Positions 10,257 through 20,340 of a stretch of 64,000 bases of DNA are shown here, piece after piece (positions within the stretch are counted from its first letter, which is position 1; the number at the start of each line of letters is the position of its first letter). The stretch is from Escherichia coli (lineage in GTDB: Bacteria; Pseudomonadota; Gammaproteobacteria; Enterobacterales; Enterobacteriaceae), in NCBI RefSeq assembly GCF_013122565.1, contig NZ_CP053258.1; one strand, given 5' to 3'. The position numbers and the translations under genes were made by a program. The notes beneath the pieces are model-generated. The model was given only the letters and a program-made list of their open reading frames with translations. It made no database searches and had not been told where the DNA came from.

Positions 10257-11117
10257 ATGTCATTGATTTCTCTCGCTGAAGGGCTGGCTCATGCCCGCGA
10301 ACATCGCTATGCGTTAGGTGCGTTTAATGTACTGGACTCGCACTTTTTACGCGCCTTGTTTGCTGCTGCCAGACAAGAACGTTCGCCCTTTATTATCAAC
10401 ATTGCCGAAGTACATTATAAATATATCTCGCTGGAATCCCTGGTCGAGACAGTGAAATTTGAAGCGGCGCGCCATGCCATTCCGGTGGTATTAAATCTCG
10501 ATCACGGGCTGCATTTTGAGTCGGTGGTGCAAGCGTTGCGGCTGGGATTCAGCTCGGTAATGTTTGATGGCTCCACGCTGGGGTATGAAGAAAATGTCCG
10601 CCAAACGCGGGAAGTGGTGAAAATGTGCCATGCCGTTGGCGTATCGGTAGAAGCTGAACTGGGCGCGGTGGGTGGCGACGAAGGCGGTGCGCTCTATGGT
10701 CATGCCGATGAATCCCTGTTTACCGATCCGCAACTGGCGCGTGATTTTGTCGACCGTACCGGCATTGACGCGCTGGCCGTGGCGATTGGCAATGCACACG
10801 GCAAATATCGCGGCGAACCGAAACTCGATTTCCTACGCCTCGACGCTATCCGCCAGCAGGCTGCTATCCCGCTGGTATTACACGGCGGCTCAGGGATTAG
10901 CGATGCCGATTTCCGCCGCGCCATCGAACGGGGTATCCACAAAATCAATTTCTACACTGGCATGTCGCAAGCGGCGCTGGCTGCCGTTGAGGCCCGAATG
11001 GCGCACCGTCAGCCGATGTATGATGAGTTTGCCGAGTTACTACTAGCAGTGGAAGCCGCCATCAGCGATACGGTTGCACAACAGATGCGTATTTTCGGCA
11101 GTGCGGGGCAGGCATGA
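10257..11117 (+). CDS. Class II ketose-bisphosphate aldolase (FbaA/GatY/KbaY family)
   Basis: 286 aa; conserved NLDHG, HGGSG motifs of class II aldolases. Confidence 0.75.
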   Translation: MSLISLAEGLAHAREHRYALGAFNVLDSHFLRALFAAARQERSPFIINIAEVHYKYISLESLVETVKFEAARHAIPVVLNLDHGLHFESVVQALRLGFSSVMFDGSTLGYEENVRQTREVVKMCHAVGVSVEAELGAVGGDEGGALYGHADESLFTDPQLARDFVDRTGIDALAVAIGNAHGKYRGEPKLDFLRLDAIRQQAAIPLVLHGGSGISDADFRRAIERGIHKINFYTGMSQAALAAVEARMAHRQPMYDEFAELLLAVEAAISDTVAQQMRIFGSAGQA

Positions 11118-12115
11118 TGGAACGTAGAGGGATTATCGCCGCAGGCAATATGTTGGTTGACCACGTCCATCAGATTATCCAGTGGCCAGAGCGCGGCTGG
11201 CTGGCGGAGATTACCCACAGCGAACGCTCCACCGGCGGCGCGCCGCTTAATGTCCTGCTGACACTGGCGAAAATGCGCACCGGGTTGCCGTTACAGGCGG
11301 TTGGGCTAATCGGTCAGGACAGCGACGGCGATTACATCATGGCGATGCTTGAGCAATATCACGTCAATCGTCAGCATGTGCAGCGCACTACCTTTGCCCC
11401 GACGTCGATGTCACAGGTGATGACCGACCCAAGCGGGCAGCGGACGTTTTTCCATTCGCCGGGTGCAAACAGACTTTTGGATCTTCCGGCGTTCGATCAG
11501 CTCGATAACACCATGAAGATTTTCCATCTCGGCTATTTACTGTTGCTCGACAGCCTGGATATGCCGGACGATGTTTACGGCACCCGTAGCGCACGACTGC
11601 TGGCGCAAATGCGTGATACTGGCTTTGAAACCTCACTCGACCTGGTCTCCCGCAAGGGCGATCCGCGTTATCAGCCGCTGGTGCTGCCCGCGTTGCGCCA
11701 TCTGGATTATCTGGTAATTAACGAACTGGAGGCCGGGGAGTTTAGTGGGCTGGAAATTCGGTTACCCAACGGCGAACCGCATATCGCGCATATTGCTGCC
11801 GCCGCGCGTGAACTGTTAGATGCGGGCGTGCGCCAGCGTGTGGTGATCCACTGCCCGGAAGGGGCCTGGGGAGAAACCCCGGAACAGGGCGGCGTGTGGA
11901 TCCCTTCGCAAAAGTTAGAACAACGGGAAATTATCGGCAGCGTCGGTGCGGGCGATGCATTTTGTGCCGGATTTTTATATGGCTGCCATGAGTGCTGGGC
12001 GCTAACTGAGAGCATAAAACTGGCACATGCCTGCGCGCGGGCAAGCCTGTTATGCGCTAATGCCATCGACGGGGCAAAAACGCTGGAAGAGTTGCAAACA
12101 GAAATGTCAGATTAA
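11114..12115 (+). CDS. PfkB-family carbohydrate kinase
   Basis: 333 aa; C-terminal GAGDAFCAGF motif; start overlaps the aldolase stop (ATGA). Confidence 0.7.
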   Translation: MMERRGIIAAGNMLVDHVHQIIQWPERGWLAEITHSERSTGGAPLNVLLTLAKMRTGLPLQAVGLIGQDSDGDYIMAMLEQYHVNRQHVQRTTFAPTSMSQVMTDPSGQRTFFHSPGANRLLDLPAFDQLDNTMKIFHLGYLLLLDSLDMPDDVYGTRSARLLAQMRDTGFETSLDLVSRKGDPRYQPLVLPALRHLDYLVINELEAGEFSGLEIRLPNGEPHIAHIAAAARELLDAGVRQRVVIHCPEGAWGETPEQGGVWIPSQKLEQREIIGSVGAGDAFCAGFLYGCHECWALTESIKLAHACARASLLCANAIDGAKTLEELQTEMSD

Positions 12116-12819
12116 TGCACGTCGGCAGCGAAGACATACCCCAGGCCGCGCAGAGTTTTAATCAACATCGGCTGATGCGGATTGAGTTCGATTTTGCGTC
12201 GTAAGCGCATGATTAAGACGTCGATGGTGCGATCAAACACTTCCACGCTATCGCTATGAGTGAACGCCAGCAGCTGCTCGCGGCTTAATACCCGACGGGC
12301 ATTTTGTGCCAGGGCCAGTAACAAGCCATATTCGCCCTGAGTCAGCTCGACATGTTGTTGTAGCGGACTATGCAGTTGACAGCGAATGGTATCGAGATAC
12401 CAGCCATTGAATGACAGCCCGGCGTTTTTCTCCTCGTTAACCGCCAGCGCGCCAACCCGTCGCAACACCGCTTTCAGTCGTGCGACCACCACCCGCGGGG
12501 TGAACGGTTTGCAGATGTAATCATCCGCGCCCATTTCCAGCCCGACCACCACATCAGACTCACTGCCCATGCCGGTCAACATCACCACCGGCAATGTCGG
12601 ACGCAGTTTCTGGATTTGCTGCAATATCCTCAGGCCGTTGGTATCGGGTAGCATCATATCCAGCACCACCAGCGCAATGTCAGGATCGCCCTCAATACGC
12701 AATATGGCCTCCTGTCCGGTATGGCAGACTGAAACCGTAAAGACATGTTCACTTAACACGTCCTGCAGCAGTGCGCAGATAGCCGTGTCATCATCCACCA
12801 CCAGCACGACGGGTTTCAT
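12112..12819 (-). CDS. OmpR-family response regulator (REC plus winged-helix)
   Basis: MKPVVLVVDDD... receiver domain, C-terminal LRGLGYVF winged helix; convergent 4-bp overlap with the kinase gene. Confidence 0.8.
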   Translation of the reverse strand: MKPVVLVVDDDTAICALLQDVLSEHVFTVSVCHTGQEAILRIEGDPDIALVVLDMMLPDTNGLRILQQIQKLRPTLPVVMLTGMGSESDVVVGLEMGADDYICKPFTPRVVVARLKAVLRRVGALAVNEEKNAGLSFNGWYLDTIRCQLHSPLQQHVELTQGEYGLLLALAQNARRVLSREQLLAFTHSDSVEVFDRTIDVLIMRLRRKIELNPHQPMLIKTLRGLGYVFAADVH

Positions 12820-13109
12820 GGTTACACTCCGCATCATTCATCTGATTAATCATTGTGCGTACTTCTTGTCGAAGTGAAAGCTGAAAGTAATATAAATAAT
12901 AAAAATATAAGTCAGGTCACATTATTGATGATAGTAATAAATATGCCGTACTTTTCCCTCTTCAGCACAAATGCCTAATAAAATGGCGCGTTCCGCTCAC
13001 ACTTCCGCTTATTAAAGTCGCAAATTCCCAATTATGATAACCCCAGCTTTAAATGACGTATTTTGCATGGATTACATATTTACGACATAAATGATAAATG
13101 GAGATTTAT

Positions 13110-15095
13110 ATGAATAACTCTCGGTTATTCCGTTTGAGCAGAATTGTTATTGCGTTAACTGCCGCCAGCGGCATGATGGTAAATACCGCTTACGCGAAAG
13201 AGGAAGCGAAAGCCGCCACTCAATATACCCAACAGGTTAACCAGAATTACGCCAAATCATTACCGTTTAGCGATCGTCAGGATTTTGACGATGCCCAGCG
13301 TGGATTTATCGCCCCGCTGCTGGATGAAGGTATTCTGCGTGATGCGAACGGTAAAGTTTACTACCGCGCGGACGATTACAAATTTGATATTAATGCCGCA
13401 GCGCCGGAAACCGTAAACCCCAGCCTGTGGCGTCAGTCGCAGATCAACGGCATTTCTGGCCTGTTCAAAGTCACCGATAAAATGTATCAGGTGCGCGGCC
13501 AGGATATCTCTAACATTACGTTCATTGAGGGCGAGAAAGGCATTATTGTTATTGACCCGCTGGTGACGCCGCCTGCCGCAAAAGCCGCACTTGACCTTTA
13601 CTTCCAGCATCGTCCGCAAAAACCGATTGTTGCCGTTATCTACACTCACAGCCACACCGACCACTATGGTGGCGTGAAAGGCATTATCTCTGAAGCCGAT
13701 GTTAAATCCGGCAAAGTTCAGGTGATTGCCCCTGCTGGCTTTATGGACGAAGCCATCAGCGAAAACGTGCTGGCGGGTAACATCATGAGCCGCCGTGCGC
13801 TCTACTCTTACGGTCTGTTACTGCCGCACAACGCACAAGGCAACGTGGGTAATGGTCTTGGCGTGACGCTGGCAACGGGTGACCCGAGCATTATTGCACC
13901 GACTAAAACTATCGTCAGAACTGGCGAGAAGATGATTATCGACGGCCTGGAGTTTGACTTCCTGATGACCCCAGGTAGCGAAGCGCCAGCCGAAATGCAC
14001 TTCTATATTCCGGCCCTGAAAGCCCTGTGTACCGCCGAGAACGCCACGCATACCCTGCACAACTTCTACACTCTGCGCGGCGCGAAAACCCGCGACACCA
14101 GCAAGTGGACCGAGTATCTGAACGAAACGCTGGATATGTGGGGTAACGACGCGGAAGTATTGTTTATGCCGCACACCTGGCCGGTCTGGGGCAATAAGCA
14201 TATCAATGATTATATTGGTAAATATCGCGATACTATCAAGTACATTCACGACCAGACCCTGCACCTGGCGAACCAGGGCTACACAATGAATGAAATCGGC
14301 GACATGATTAAGCTGCCGCCTGCGCTTGCCAATAACTGGGCCAGCCGCGGCTATTACGGCTCTGTCAGCCACAACGCCCGCGCGGTGTATAACTTCTATC
14401 TTGGCTATTACGACGGTAACCCGGCTAACCTGCATCCGTATGGTCAGGTGGAGATGGGTAAACGTTACGTGCAGGCGCTGGGCGGTTCTGCCCGCGTCAT
14501 CAACCTGGCGCAAGAAGCGAACAAGCAAGGTGATTACCGCTGGTCGGCAGAACTGCTGAAACAGGTGATTGCCGCCAACCCGGGTGACCAGGTCGCGAAG
14601 AATCTGCAAGCGAATAACTTTGAACAGCTGGGCTATCAGGCCGAGTCCGCCACCTGGCGCGGTTTCTACCTGACCGGCGCGAAAGAGCTGCGCGAAGGGG
14701 TGCATAAGTTCAGCCACGGCACCACCGGTTCCCCGGACACCATTCGCGGAATGTCGGTCGAAATGCTGTTCGACTTTATGTCCGTTCGCCTCGATAGCGC
14801 GAAAGCCGCGGGTAAAAATATCAGCCTGAACTTCAATATGAGCAACGGCGATAACCTCAACCTGACGCTGAACGATAGCGTGCTTAACTACCGTAAAACG
14901 CTGCAATCCCAAGCTGACGCCTCTTTCTACATCAGCCGTGAAGATCTGCACGCCGTGCTGACCGGACAAGCCAAAATGGCGGATCTGGTAAAAGCGAAGA
15001 AAGCCAAAATTATTGGCAATGGCGCGAAACTGGAAGAAATTATTGCTTGTCTGGATAATTTCGATTTGTGGGTGAATATCGTAACCCCAAATTAA
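13110..15095 (+). CDS. yjcS: Alkyl/aryl sulfatase with metallo-beta-lactamase domain (YjcS-like)
   Basis: Signal peptide; [13 protein letters not shown] motif; about 661 aa. Confidence 0.8.
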   Translation: MNNSRLFRLSRIVIALTAASGMMVNTAYAKEEAKAATQYTQQVNQNYAKSLPFSDRQDFDDAQRGFIAPLLDEGILRDANGKVYYRADDYKFDINAAAPETVNPSLWRQSQINGISGLFKVTDKMYQVRGQDISNITFIEGEKGIIVIDPLVTPPAAKAALDLYFQHRPQKPIVAVIYTHSHTDHYGGVKGIISEADVKSGKVQVIAPAGFMDEAISENVLAGNIMSRRALYSYGLLLPHNAQGNVGNGLGVTLATGDPSIIAPTKTIVRTGEKMIIDGLEFDFLMTPGSEAPAEMHFYIPALKALCTAENATHTLHNFYTLRGAKTRDTSKWTEYLNETLDMWGNDAEVLFMPHTWPVWGNKHINDYIGKYRDTIKYIHDQTLHLANQGYTMNEIGDMIKLPPALANNWASRGYYGSVSHNARAVYNFYLGYYDGNPANLHPYGQVEMGKRYVQALGGSARVINLAQEANKQGDYRWSAELLKQVIAANPGDQVAKNLQANNFEQLGYQAESATWRGFYLTGAKELREGVHKFSHGTTGSPDTIRGMSVEMLFDFMSVRLDSAKAAGKNISLNFNMSNGDNLNLTLNDSVLNYRKTLQSQADASFYISREDLHAVLTGQAKMADLVKAKKAKIIGNGAKLEEIIACLDNFDLWVNIVTPN

Positions 15096-15104
15096 TGTCA
15101 CTCA

Positions 15105-15132
15105 CTTTTGGGGGCGCTTAAGCCCCCAAAAG
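15105..15132 (+). terminator. Hairpin terminator after yjcS
   Basis: CTTTTGGGGGCGCTTAAGCCCCCAAAAG perfect stem-loop right after the stop; weak T tract. Confidence 0.5.
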
Positions 15133-15303
15133 CATTTATTATAAAAATACATACAACCAATTAATACATAAAATATATAAGTTATGAATGCGGTGGCTGA
15201 ATAAAGCTATTTTTATTCATCAAGAAAATAGCCATACTGACGCCTTCAATGGATATTGATATTCACTACAGATATTGTTCGCAGCAGACAGGATGTATTT
15301 AAT

Positions 15304-15579
15304 ATGCCAACAGTTCTCTCTCGCATGGCGATGCAACTCAAAAAAACAGCCTGGATAATTCCCGTCTTCATGGTTTCGGGATGCTCATTATCTCCGGCAA
15401 TCCCGGTGATCGGCGCTTATTATCCCAGCTGGTTTTTCTGCGCCATTGCCAGCCTTATTTTGACGCTCATCACGAGGCGAATTATTCAGCGGGCAAATAT
15501 CAATCTGGCATTTGTCGGAATTATTTATACCGCTCTTTTTGCTCTCTACGCCATGCTGTTCTGGCTGGCATTTTTCTAA
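15304..15579 (+). CDS. ytcA: Small membrane lipoprotein YtcA-like (91 aa)
   Basis: Lipobox-like MVSGC; two hydrophobic segments; lies upstream of mdtN. Confidence 0.6.
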   Translation: MPTVLSRMAMQLKKTAWIIPVFMVSGCSLSPAIPVIGAYYPSWFFCAIASLILTLITRRIIQRANINLAFVGIIYTALFALYAMLFWLAFF

Positions 15580-15597
15580 TCTATTTGAGACGCGCTC

Positions 15598-16629
15598 ATG
15601 GAAAGTACGCCGAAAAAAGCTCCTCGCAGTAAATTCCCTGCTCTGTTAGTGGTTGCGTTGGCGCTGGTTGCCCTTGTTTTCGTTATCTGGCGCGTAGACA
15701 GTGCGCCGTCAACTAATGACGCTTACGCGTCAGCAGATACCATTGATGTGGTGCCGGAAGTCAGCGGTCGCATTGTAGAACTGGCGGTCACCGACAACCA
15801 GGCGGTGAAACAGGGCGATTTGCTGTTCCGCATCGACCCGCGCCCGTATGAAGCCAATCTGGCGAAAGCTGAAGCCTCCCTCGCGGCGCTGGATAAACAA
15901 ATTATGCTCACCCAGCGTAGCGTTGACGCGCAACAGTTTGGTGCCGACTCGGTTAATGCCACGGTAGAAAAAGCCCGTGCCGCCGCGAAACAGGCCACAG
16001 ATACATTACGCCGCACCGAGCCATTACTGAAAGAAGGTTTTGTCTCAGCGGAAGATGTTGACCGTGCAAGAACGGCGCAGCGCGCCGCAGAAGCGGATCT
16101 TAATGCCGTATTGTTACAGGCGCAGTCAGCCGCCAGCGCCGTCAGCGGCGTCGATGCGCTGGTGGCGCAACGTGCGGCGGTCGAAGCGGATATTGCCCTG
16201 ACCAAACTGCATCTGGAAATGGCGACCGTTCGCGCGCCGTTTGATGGCCGGGTCATTTCCCTCAAAACCTCCGTCGGGCAATTTGCTTCTGCCATGCGCC
16301 CTATTTTTACCCTAATCGACACTCGTCACTGGTACGTGATCGCCAACTTCCGCGAAACCGATCTGAAAAATATTCGCTCAGGTACACCCGCAACGATTCG
16401 CCTGATGAGTGACAGCGGCAAAACCTTCGAGGGTAAAGTGGATTCGATTGGCTACGGCGTGCTACCAGATGACGGCGGCCTGGTGCTGGGCGGCCTGCCA
16501 AAAGTGACTCGCTCTATTAACTGGGTCCGCGTTGCCCAGCGTTTTCCGGTCAAAATCATGGTCGATAAACCTGACCCGGAAATGTTCCGCATCGGCGCTT
16601 CGGCAGTCGCTAATCTTGAGCCGCAATAA
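15598..16629 (+). CDS. mdtN: Efflux pump membrane fusion protein MdtN
   Basis: HlyD/AaeA-like periplasmic adaptor, 343 aa. Confidence 0.85.
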   Translation: MESTPKKAPRSKFPALLVVALALVALVFVIWRVDSAPSTNDAYASADTIDVVPEVSGRIVELAVTDNQAVKQGDLLFRIDPRPYEANLAKAEASLAALDKQIMLTQRSVDAQQFGADSVNATVEKARAAAKQATDTLRRTEPLLKEGFVSAEDVDRARTAQRAAEADLNAVLLQAQSAASAVSGVDALVAQRAAVEADIALTKLHLEMATVRAPFDGRVISLKTSVGQFASAMRPIFTLIDTRHWYVIANFRETDLKNIRSGTPATIRLMSDSGKTFEGKVDSIGYGVLPDDGGLVLGGLPKVTRSINWVRVAQRFPVKIMVDKPDPEMFRIGASAVANLEPQ

Positions 16630-18680
16630 TGAGCGCGCTCAACTCCCTGCCATTACCGGTGGTCAGGCTGCTGGCGTTCTTTCATGAAGAGTTAAGCGAG
16701 CGGCGACCAGGCCGCGTGCCGCAGACCGTGCAACTCTGGGTAGGCTGCCTGCTGGTGATTCTGATCTCGATGACTTTTGAGATCCCTTTTGTGGCGTTAT
16801 CGCTGGCAGTGCTGTTTTACGGTGTTCAGTCGAACGCGTTTTACACCAAATTTGTGGCGATCTTGTTTGTGGTTGCCACGGTGCTGGAGATCGGCAGCCT
16901 GTTTTTGATCTACAAATGGTCATACGGCGAACCGTTGATCCGATTGATCATCGCCGGACCGATCCTGATGGGCTGCATGTTTTTGATGCGCACCCATCGG
17001 CTGGGACTGGTCTTTTTCGCCGTCGCCATTGTCGCCATTTACGGGCAAACCTTCCCCTCCATGCTCGACTATCCGGAAGTGGTCGTGCGCTTAACGCTGT
17101 GGTGTATCGTTGTTGGCCTCTACCCGACGTTATTGATGACGTTAATCGGGGTGCTGTGGTTTCCCAGTCGTGCCATTTCGCAAATGCATCAGGCGCTTAA
17201 TGATCGGCTTGATGATGCCATTAGCCACCTGACGGACAGCCTCGCACCGCTACCCGAAACGCGGATTGAAAGAGAGGCGCTGGCGCTGCAAAAACTCAAT
17301 GTCTTTTGCCTCGCGGACGATGCCAACTGGCGAACTCAAAGCGCATGGTGGCAAAGCTGTGTGGCAACGGTAACCTACATTTACTCGACGCTGAATCGCT
17401 ACGATCCCACCTCTTTTGCTGATTCTCAGGCAATTATTGAATTCCGACAAAAATTAGCTTCAGAAATCAACAAGCTGCAGCATGCCATTGCCGAAGGTCA
17501 GTGCTGGCAAAGCGACTGGCGGATCAGTGAAAGTGAAGCGATGGCAGCACGGGAATGTAACCTGGAGAATATCTGCCAGACGTTGTTACAACTGGGTCAG
17601 ATGGACCCGAATACGCCGCCAACGCCCGCAGCCAAACCGCCATCAATGGCCGCCGATGCTTTTACCAATCCAGACTATATGCGCTACGCGGTAAAAACAC
17701 TGCTCGCCTGTTTGATCTGTTACACCGTCTACAGCGGCGTGGACTGGGAAGGCATTCACACCTGTATGCTGACCTGCGTGATCGTCGCTAATCCAAATGT
17801 CGGTTCGTCGTACCAGAAGATGGTGCTGCGTTTTGGCGGGGCCTTTTGCGGCGCGATTCTGGCGCTGTTATTCACGTTATTGATCATGCCCTGGCTGGAC
17901 AATATTTTCGAATTGCTGTTTGTGCTGGCACCGATTTTCCTGTTGGGCGCATGGATTGCCACCAGCTCTGAACGCTCTTCTTATATCGGCACACAGATGG
18001 TGGTTACCTTCGCGCTCGCCACGCTCGAAAACGTTTTTGGCCCGGTGTACGACCTGGTGGAAATTCGCGATCGCGCCCTGGGTATCATCATTGGTACCGT
18101 GGTGTCCGCGGTGATTTACACCTTTGTTTGGCCTGAAAGTGAAGCGCGCACACTGCCGCAAAAACTGGCTGGCGCGCTGGGTATGTTAAGTAAAGTAATG
18201 CGGATCCCACGCCAGCAGGAAGTCACGGCTCTGCGCACTTATCTGCAAATTCGTATAGGTCTGCATGCGGCGTTTAATGCCTGTGAAGAGATGTGCCAAC
18301 GCGTGGCGCTGGAGCGTCAACTGGACAGCGAAGAACGCGCCTTACTGATTGAACGTTCGCAAACGGTTATTCGTCAGGGCCGCGATATTCTTCACGCCTG
18401 GGATGCCACCTGGAATTCGGCGCAGGCGCTGGATAACGCACTACAGCCGGACAGAGCAGGTCAGTTTGCCGATGCCCTGGAGAAATACGCTGCCGGTCTG
18501 GCAACCGCACTCAGCCGTTCTCCTCAAATAACGCTCGAAGAAACACCCGCTTCGCAGGCCATCCTGCCCACCTTATTAAAACAGGAGCAACACGTCTGCC
18601 AGCTTTTCGCCCGCTTGCCAGACTGGACAGCCCCGGCATTAACGCCCGCCACGGAACAGGCACAAGGAGCCACGCAATGA
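16629..18680 (+). CDS. mdtO: Efflux pump inner-membrane component MdtO (FUSC family)
   Basis: 683 aa polytopic protein; TAATG overlap with mdtN. Confidence 0.85.
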   Translation: MSALNSLPLPVVRLLAFFHEELSERRPGRVPQTVQLWVGCLLVILISMTFEIPFVALSLAVLFYGVQSNAFYTKFVAILFVVATVLEIGSLFLIYKWSYGEPLIRLIIAGPILMGCMFLMRTHRLGLVFFAVAIVAIYGQTFPSMLDYPEVVVRLTLWCIVVGLYPTLLMTLIGVLWFPSRAISQMHQALNDRLDDAISHLTDSLAPLPETRIEREALALQKLNVFCLADDANWRTQSAWWQSCVATVTYIYSTLNRYDPTSFADSQAIIEFRQKLASEINKLQHAIAEGQCWQSDWRISESEAMAARECNLENICQTLLQLGQMDPNTPPTPAAKPPSMAADAFTNPDYMRYAVKTLLACLICYTVYSGVDWEGIHTCMLTCVIVANPNVGSSYQKMVLRFGGAFCGAILALLFTLLIMPWLDNIFELLFVLAPIFLLGAWIATSSERSSYIGTQMVVTFALATLENVFGPVYDLVEIRDRALGIIIGTVVSAVIYTFVWPESEARTLPQKLAGALGMLSKVMRIPRQQEVTALRTYLQIRIGLHAAFNACEEMCQRVALERQLDSEERALLIERSQTVIRQGRDILHAWDATWNSAQALDNALQPDRAGQFADALEKYAAGLATALSRSPQITLEETPASQAILPTLLKQEQHVCQLFARLPDWTAPALTPATEQAQGATQ

Positions 18681-20143
18681 TCAATCGTCAACTTTCACGT
18701 CTGCTGTTGTGCATCATTCTCGGCAGCACGACGCTGATTTCCGGCTGTGCCCTGGTACGTAAGGATTCTGCGCCTCATCAACAGCTCAAACCGGAACAAA
18801 TCAAACTGGCCGATGATATTCATCTTGCCAGCTCCGGCTGGCCGCAGGCGCAGTGGTGGAAACAACTCAATGACCCGCAGTTGGATGCCCTGATCCAACG
18901 GACGCTAAGTGGTTCACACACCCTCGCCGAAGCGAAACTGCGGGAAGAAAAAGCGCAGTCCCAGGCCGATTTGTTAGATGCTGGTTCACAGTTGCAGGTG
19001 GCAGCGTTAGGGATGCTTAACCGCCAACGTGTCTCGGCGAACGGCTTTTTAAGCCCTTATGCGATGGATGCGCCCGCACTGGGGATGGACGGGCCGTACT
19101 ATACGGAAGCCACAGTAGGTTTGTTTGCCGGATTGGATCTCGATTTGTGGGGTGTGCATCGCTCAGCGGTTGCCGCCGCCATTGGCGCGCATAATGCCGC
19201 GCTGGCAGAAACCGCAGCAGTAGAGCTATCGCTGACCACGGGCGTAGCGCAGCTTTATTACAGTATGCAGGCCAGCTATCAGATGCTCGATCTGTTAGAA
19301 CAAACTCGCGATGTGATTGATTACGCGGTAAAAGCGCACCAGAGTAAAGTGGCGCACGGTCTGGAAGCGCAAGTGCCTTTCCACGGCGCGCGGGCACAGA
19401 TTCTGGCGGTCGATAAACAAATTGCTGCCGTTAAAGGGCAAATCACCGAAACGCGAGAATCTCTGCGCGCATTGATTGGCGCGGGAGCCAGCGATATGCC
19501 GGAGATCAAACCGGTGGCATTACCACGAGTCCAGACCGGCATTCCGGCGACACTCTCTTATGAGTTGCTCGCCAGACGCCCGGATCTGCAAGCGATGCGC
19601 TGGTATGTTCAGGCGTCATTAGATCAGGTGGATTCCGCGCGGGCGTTGTTCTACCCGAGCTTTGATATCAAAGCGTTTTTCGGCCTTGATGCCATCCACC
19701 TGGATACCTTATTCAAAAAAACCAGTCGCCAGTTCAACTTCATCCCGGGTCTGAAATTGCCGCTGTTTGACGGTGGACGGTTGAATGCCAATCTCGAAGG
19801 CACTCGCGCCGCCAGCAACATGATGATTGAACGTTACAACCAGTCAGTACTGAACGCGGTGCGTGACGTTGCCGTCAACGGCACGCGTCTGCAAACGCTC
19901 AACGACGAGCGAGAAATGCAGGCTGAACGCGTGGAAGCCACGCGCTTCACCCAGCGCGCAGCCGAGGCCGCCTATCAACGCGGCTTAACCAGCCGCTTAC
20001 AGGCTACCGAAGCCCGGTTGCCAGTGCTTGCCGAAGAGATGTCATTACTGATGCTGGACAGCCGCCGGGTGATCCAAAGCATTCAGTTGATGAAATCGCT
20101 GGGCGGCGGGTATCAGGCAGGTCCCGTCGTCGAGAAAAAATAA
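18677..20143 (+). CDS. mdtP: Outer-membrane efflux lipoprotein MdtP (TolC/OprM family)
   Basis: Lipoprotein signal (LISGC); 488 aa; ATGA overlap with mdtO. Confidence 0.85.
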   Translation: MINRQLSRLLLCIILGSTTLISGCALVRKDSAPHQQLKPEQIKLADDIHLASSGWPQAQWWKQLNDPQLDALIQRTLSGSHTLAEAKLREEKAQSQADLLDAGSQLQVAALGMLNRQRVSANGFLSPYAMDAPALGMDGPYYTEATVGLFAGLDLDLWGVHRSAVAAAIGAHNAALAETAAVELSLTTGVAQLYYSMQASYQMLDLLEQTRDVIDYAVKAHQSKVAHGLEAQVPFHGARAQILAVDKQIAAVKGQITETRESLRALIGAGASDMPEIKPVALPRVQTGIPATLSYELLARRPDLQAMRWYVQASLDQVDSARALFYPSFDIKAFFGLDAIHLDTLFKKTSRQFNFIPGLKLPLFDGGRLNANLEGTRAASNMMIERYNQSVLNAVRDVAVNGTRLQTLNDEREMQAERVEATRFTQRAAEAAYQRGLTSRLQATEARLPVLAEEMSLLMLDSRRVIQSIQLMKSLGGGYQAGPVVEKK

Positions 20144-20150
20144 AATGTCT

Positions 20151-20180
20151 GCCGCGTGATGGCTGTCACGCGGTATTTCG
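20151..20180 (+). terminator. Hairpin terminator after mdtP
   Basis: CCGCGTGATGGCTGTCACGCGG inverted repeat followed by a T-rich stretch. Confidence 0.4.
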
Positions 20181-20273
20181 TTTCGTCACGTCAAAACTGA
20201 CGACAGCCTGTTTTTCGTCAGAGTTTTGAATAAATAGTGCCCGTAATATCAGGGAATGACCCCAAATAAAATG

Positions 20274-20289
20274 TGGCATAAAAGATGCA
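20274..20289 (+). promoter_or_regulatory. Sigma54 (-24/-12) promoter of fdhF
   Basis: TGGCAT-N6-TGCA with GG and GC at the canonical 11-bp spacing, about 50 bp upstream of the fdhF ATG. Confidence 0.65.
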
Positions 20290-20340
20290 TACTGTAGTCG
20301 AGAGCGCGTATGCGTGATTTGATTAACTGGAGCGAGACCG

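Noticed and set aside
13818-15101. 427-aa minus-strand ORF inside yjcS
   Set aside because: Antisense to a gene with a clear sulfatase/MBL signature; repetitive Val/Gln/Arg-rich translation with no motifs, typical of a spurious ORF in GC-rich coding DNA.
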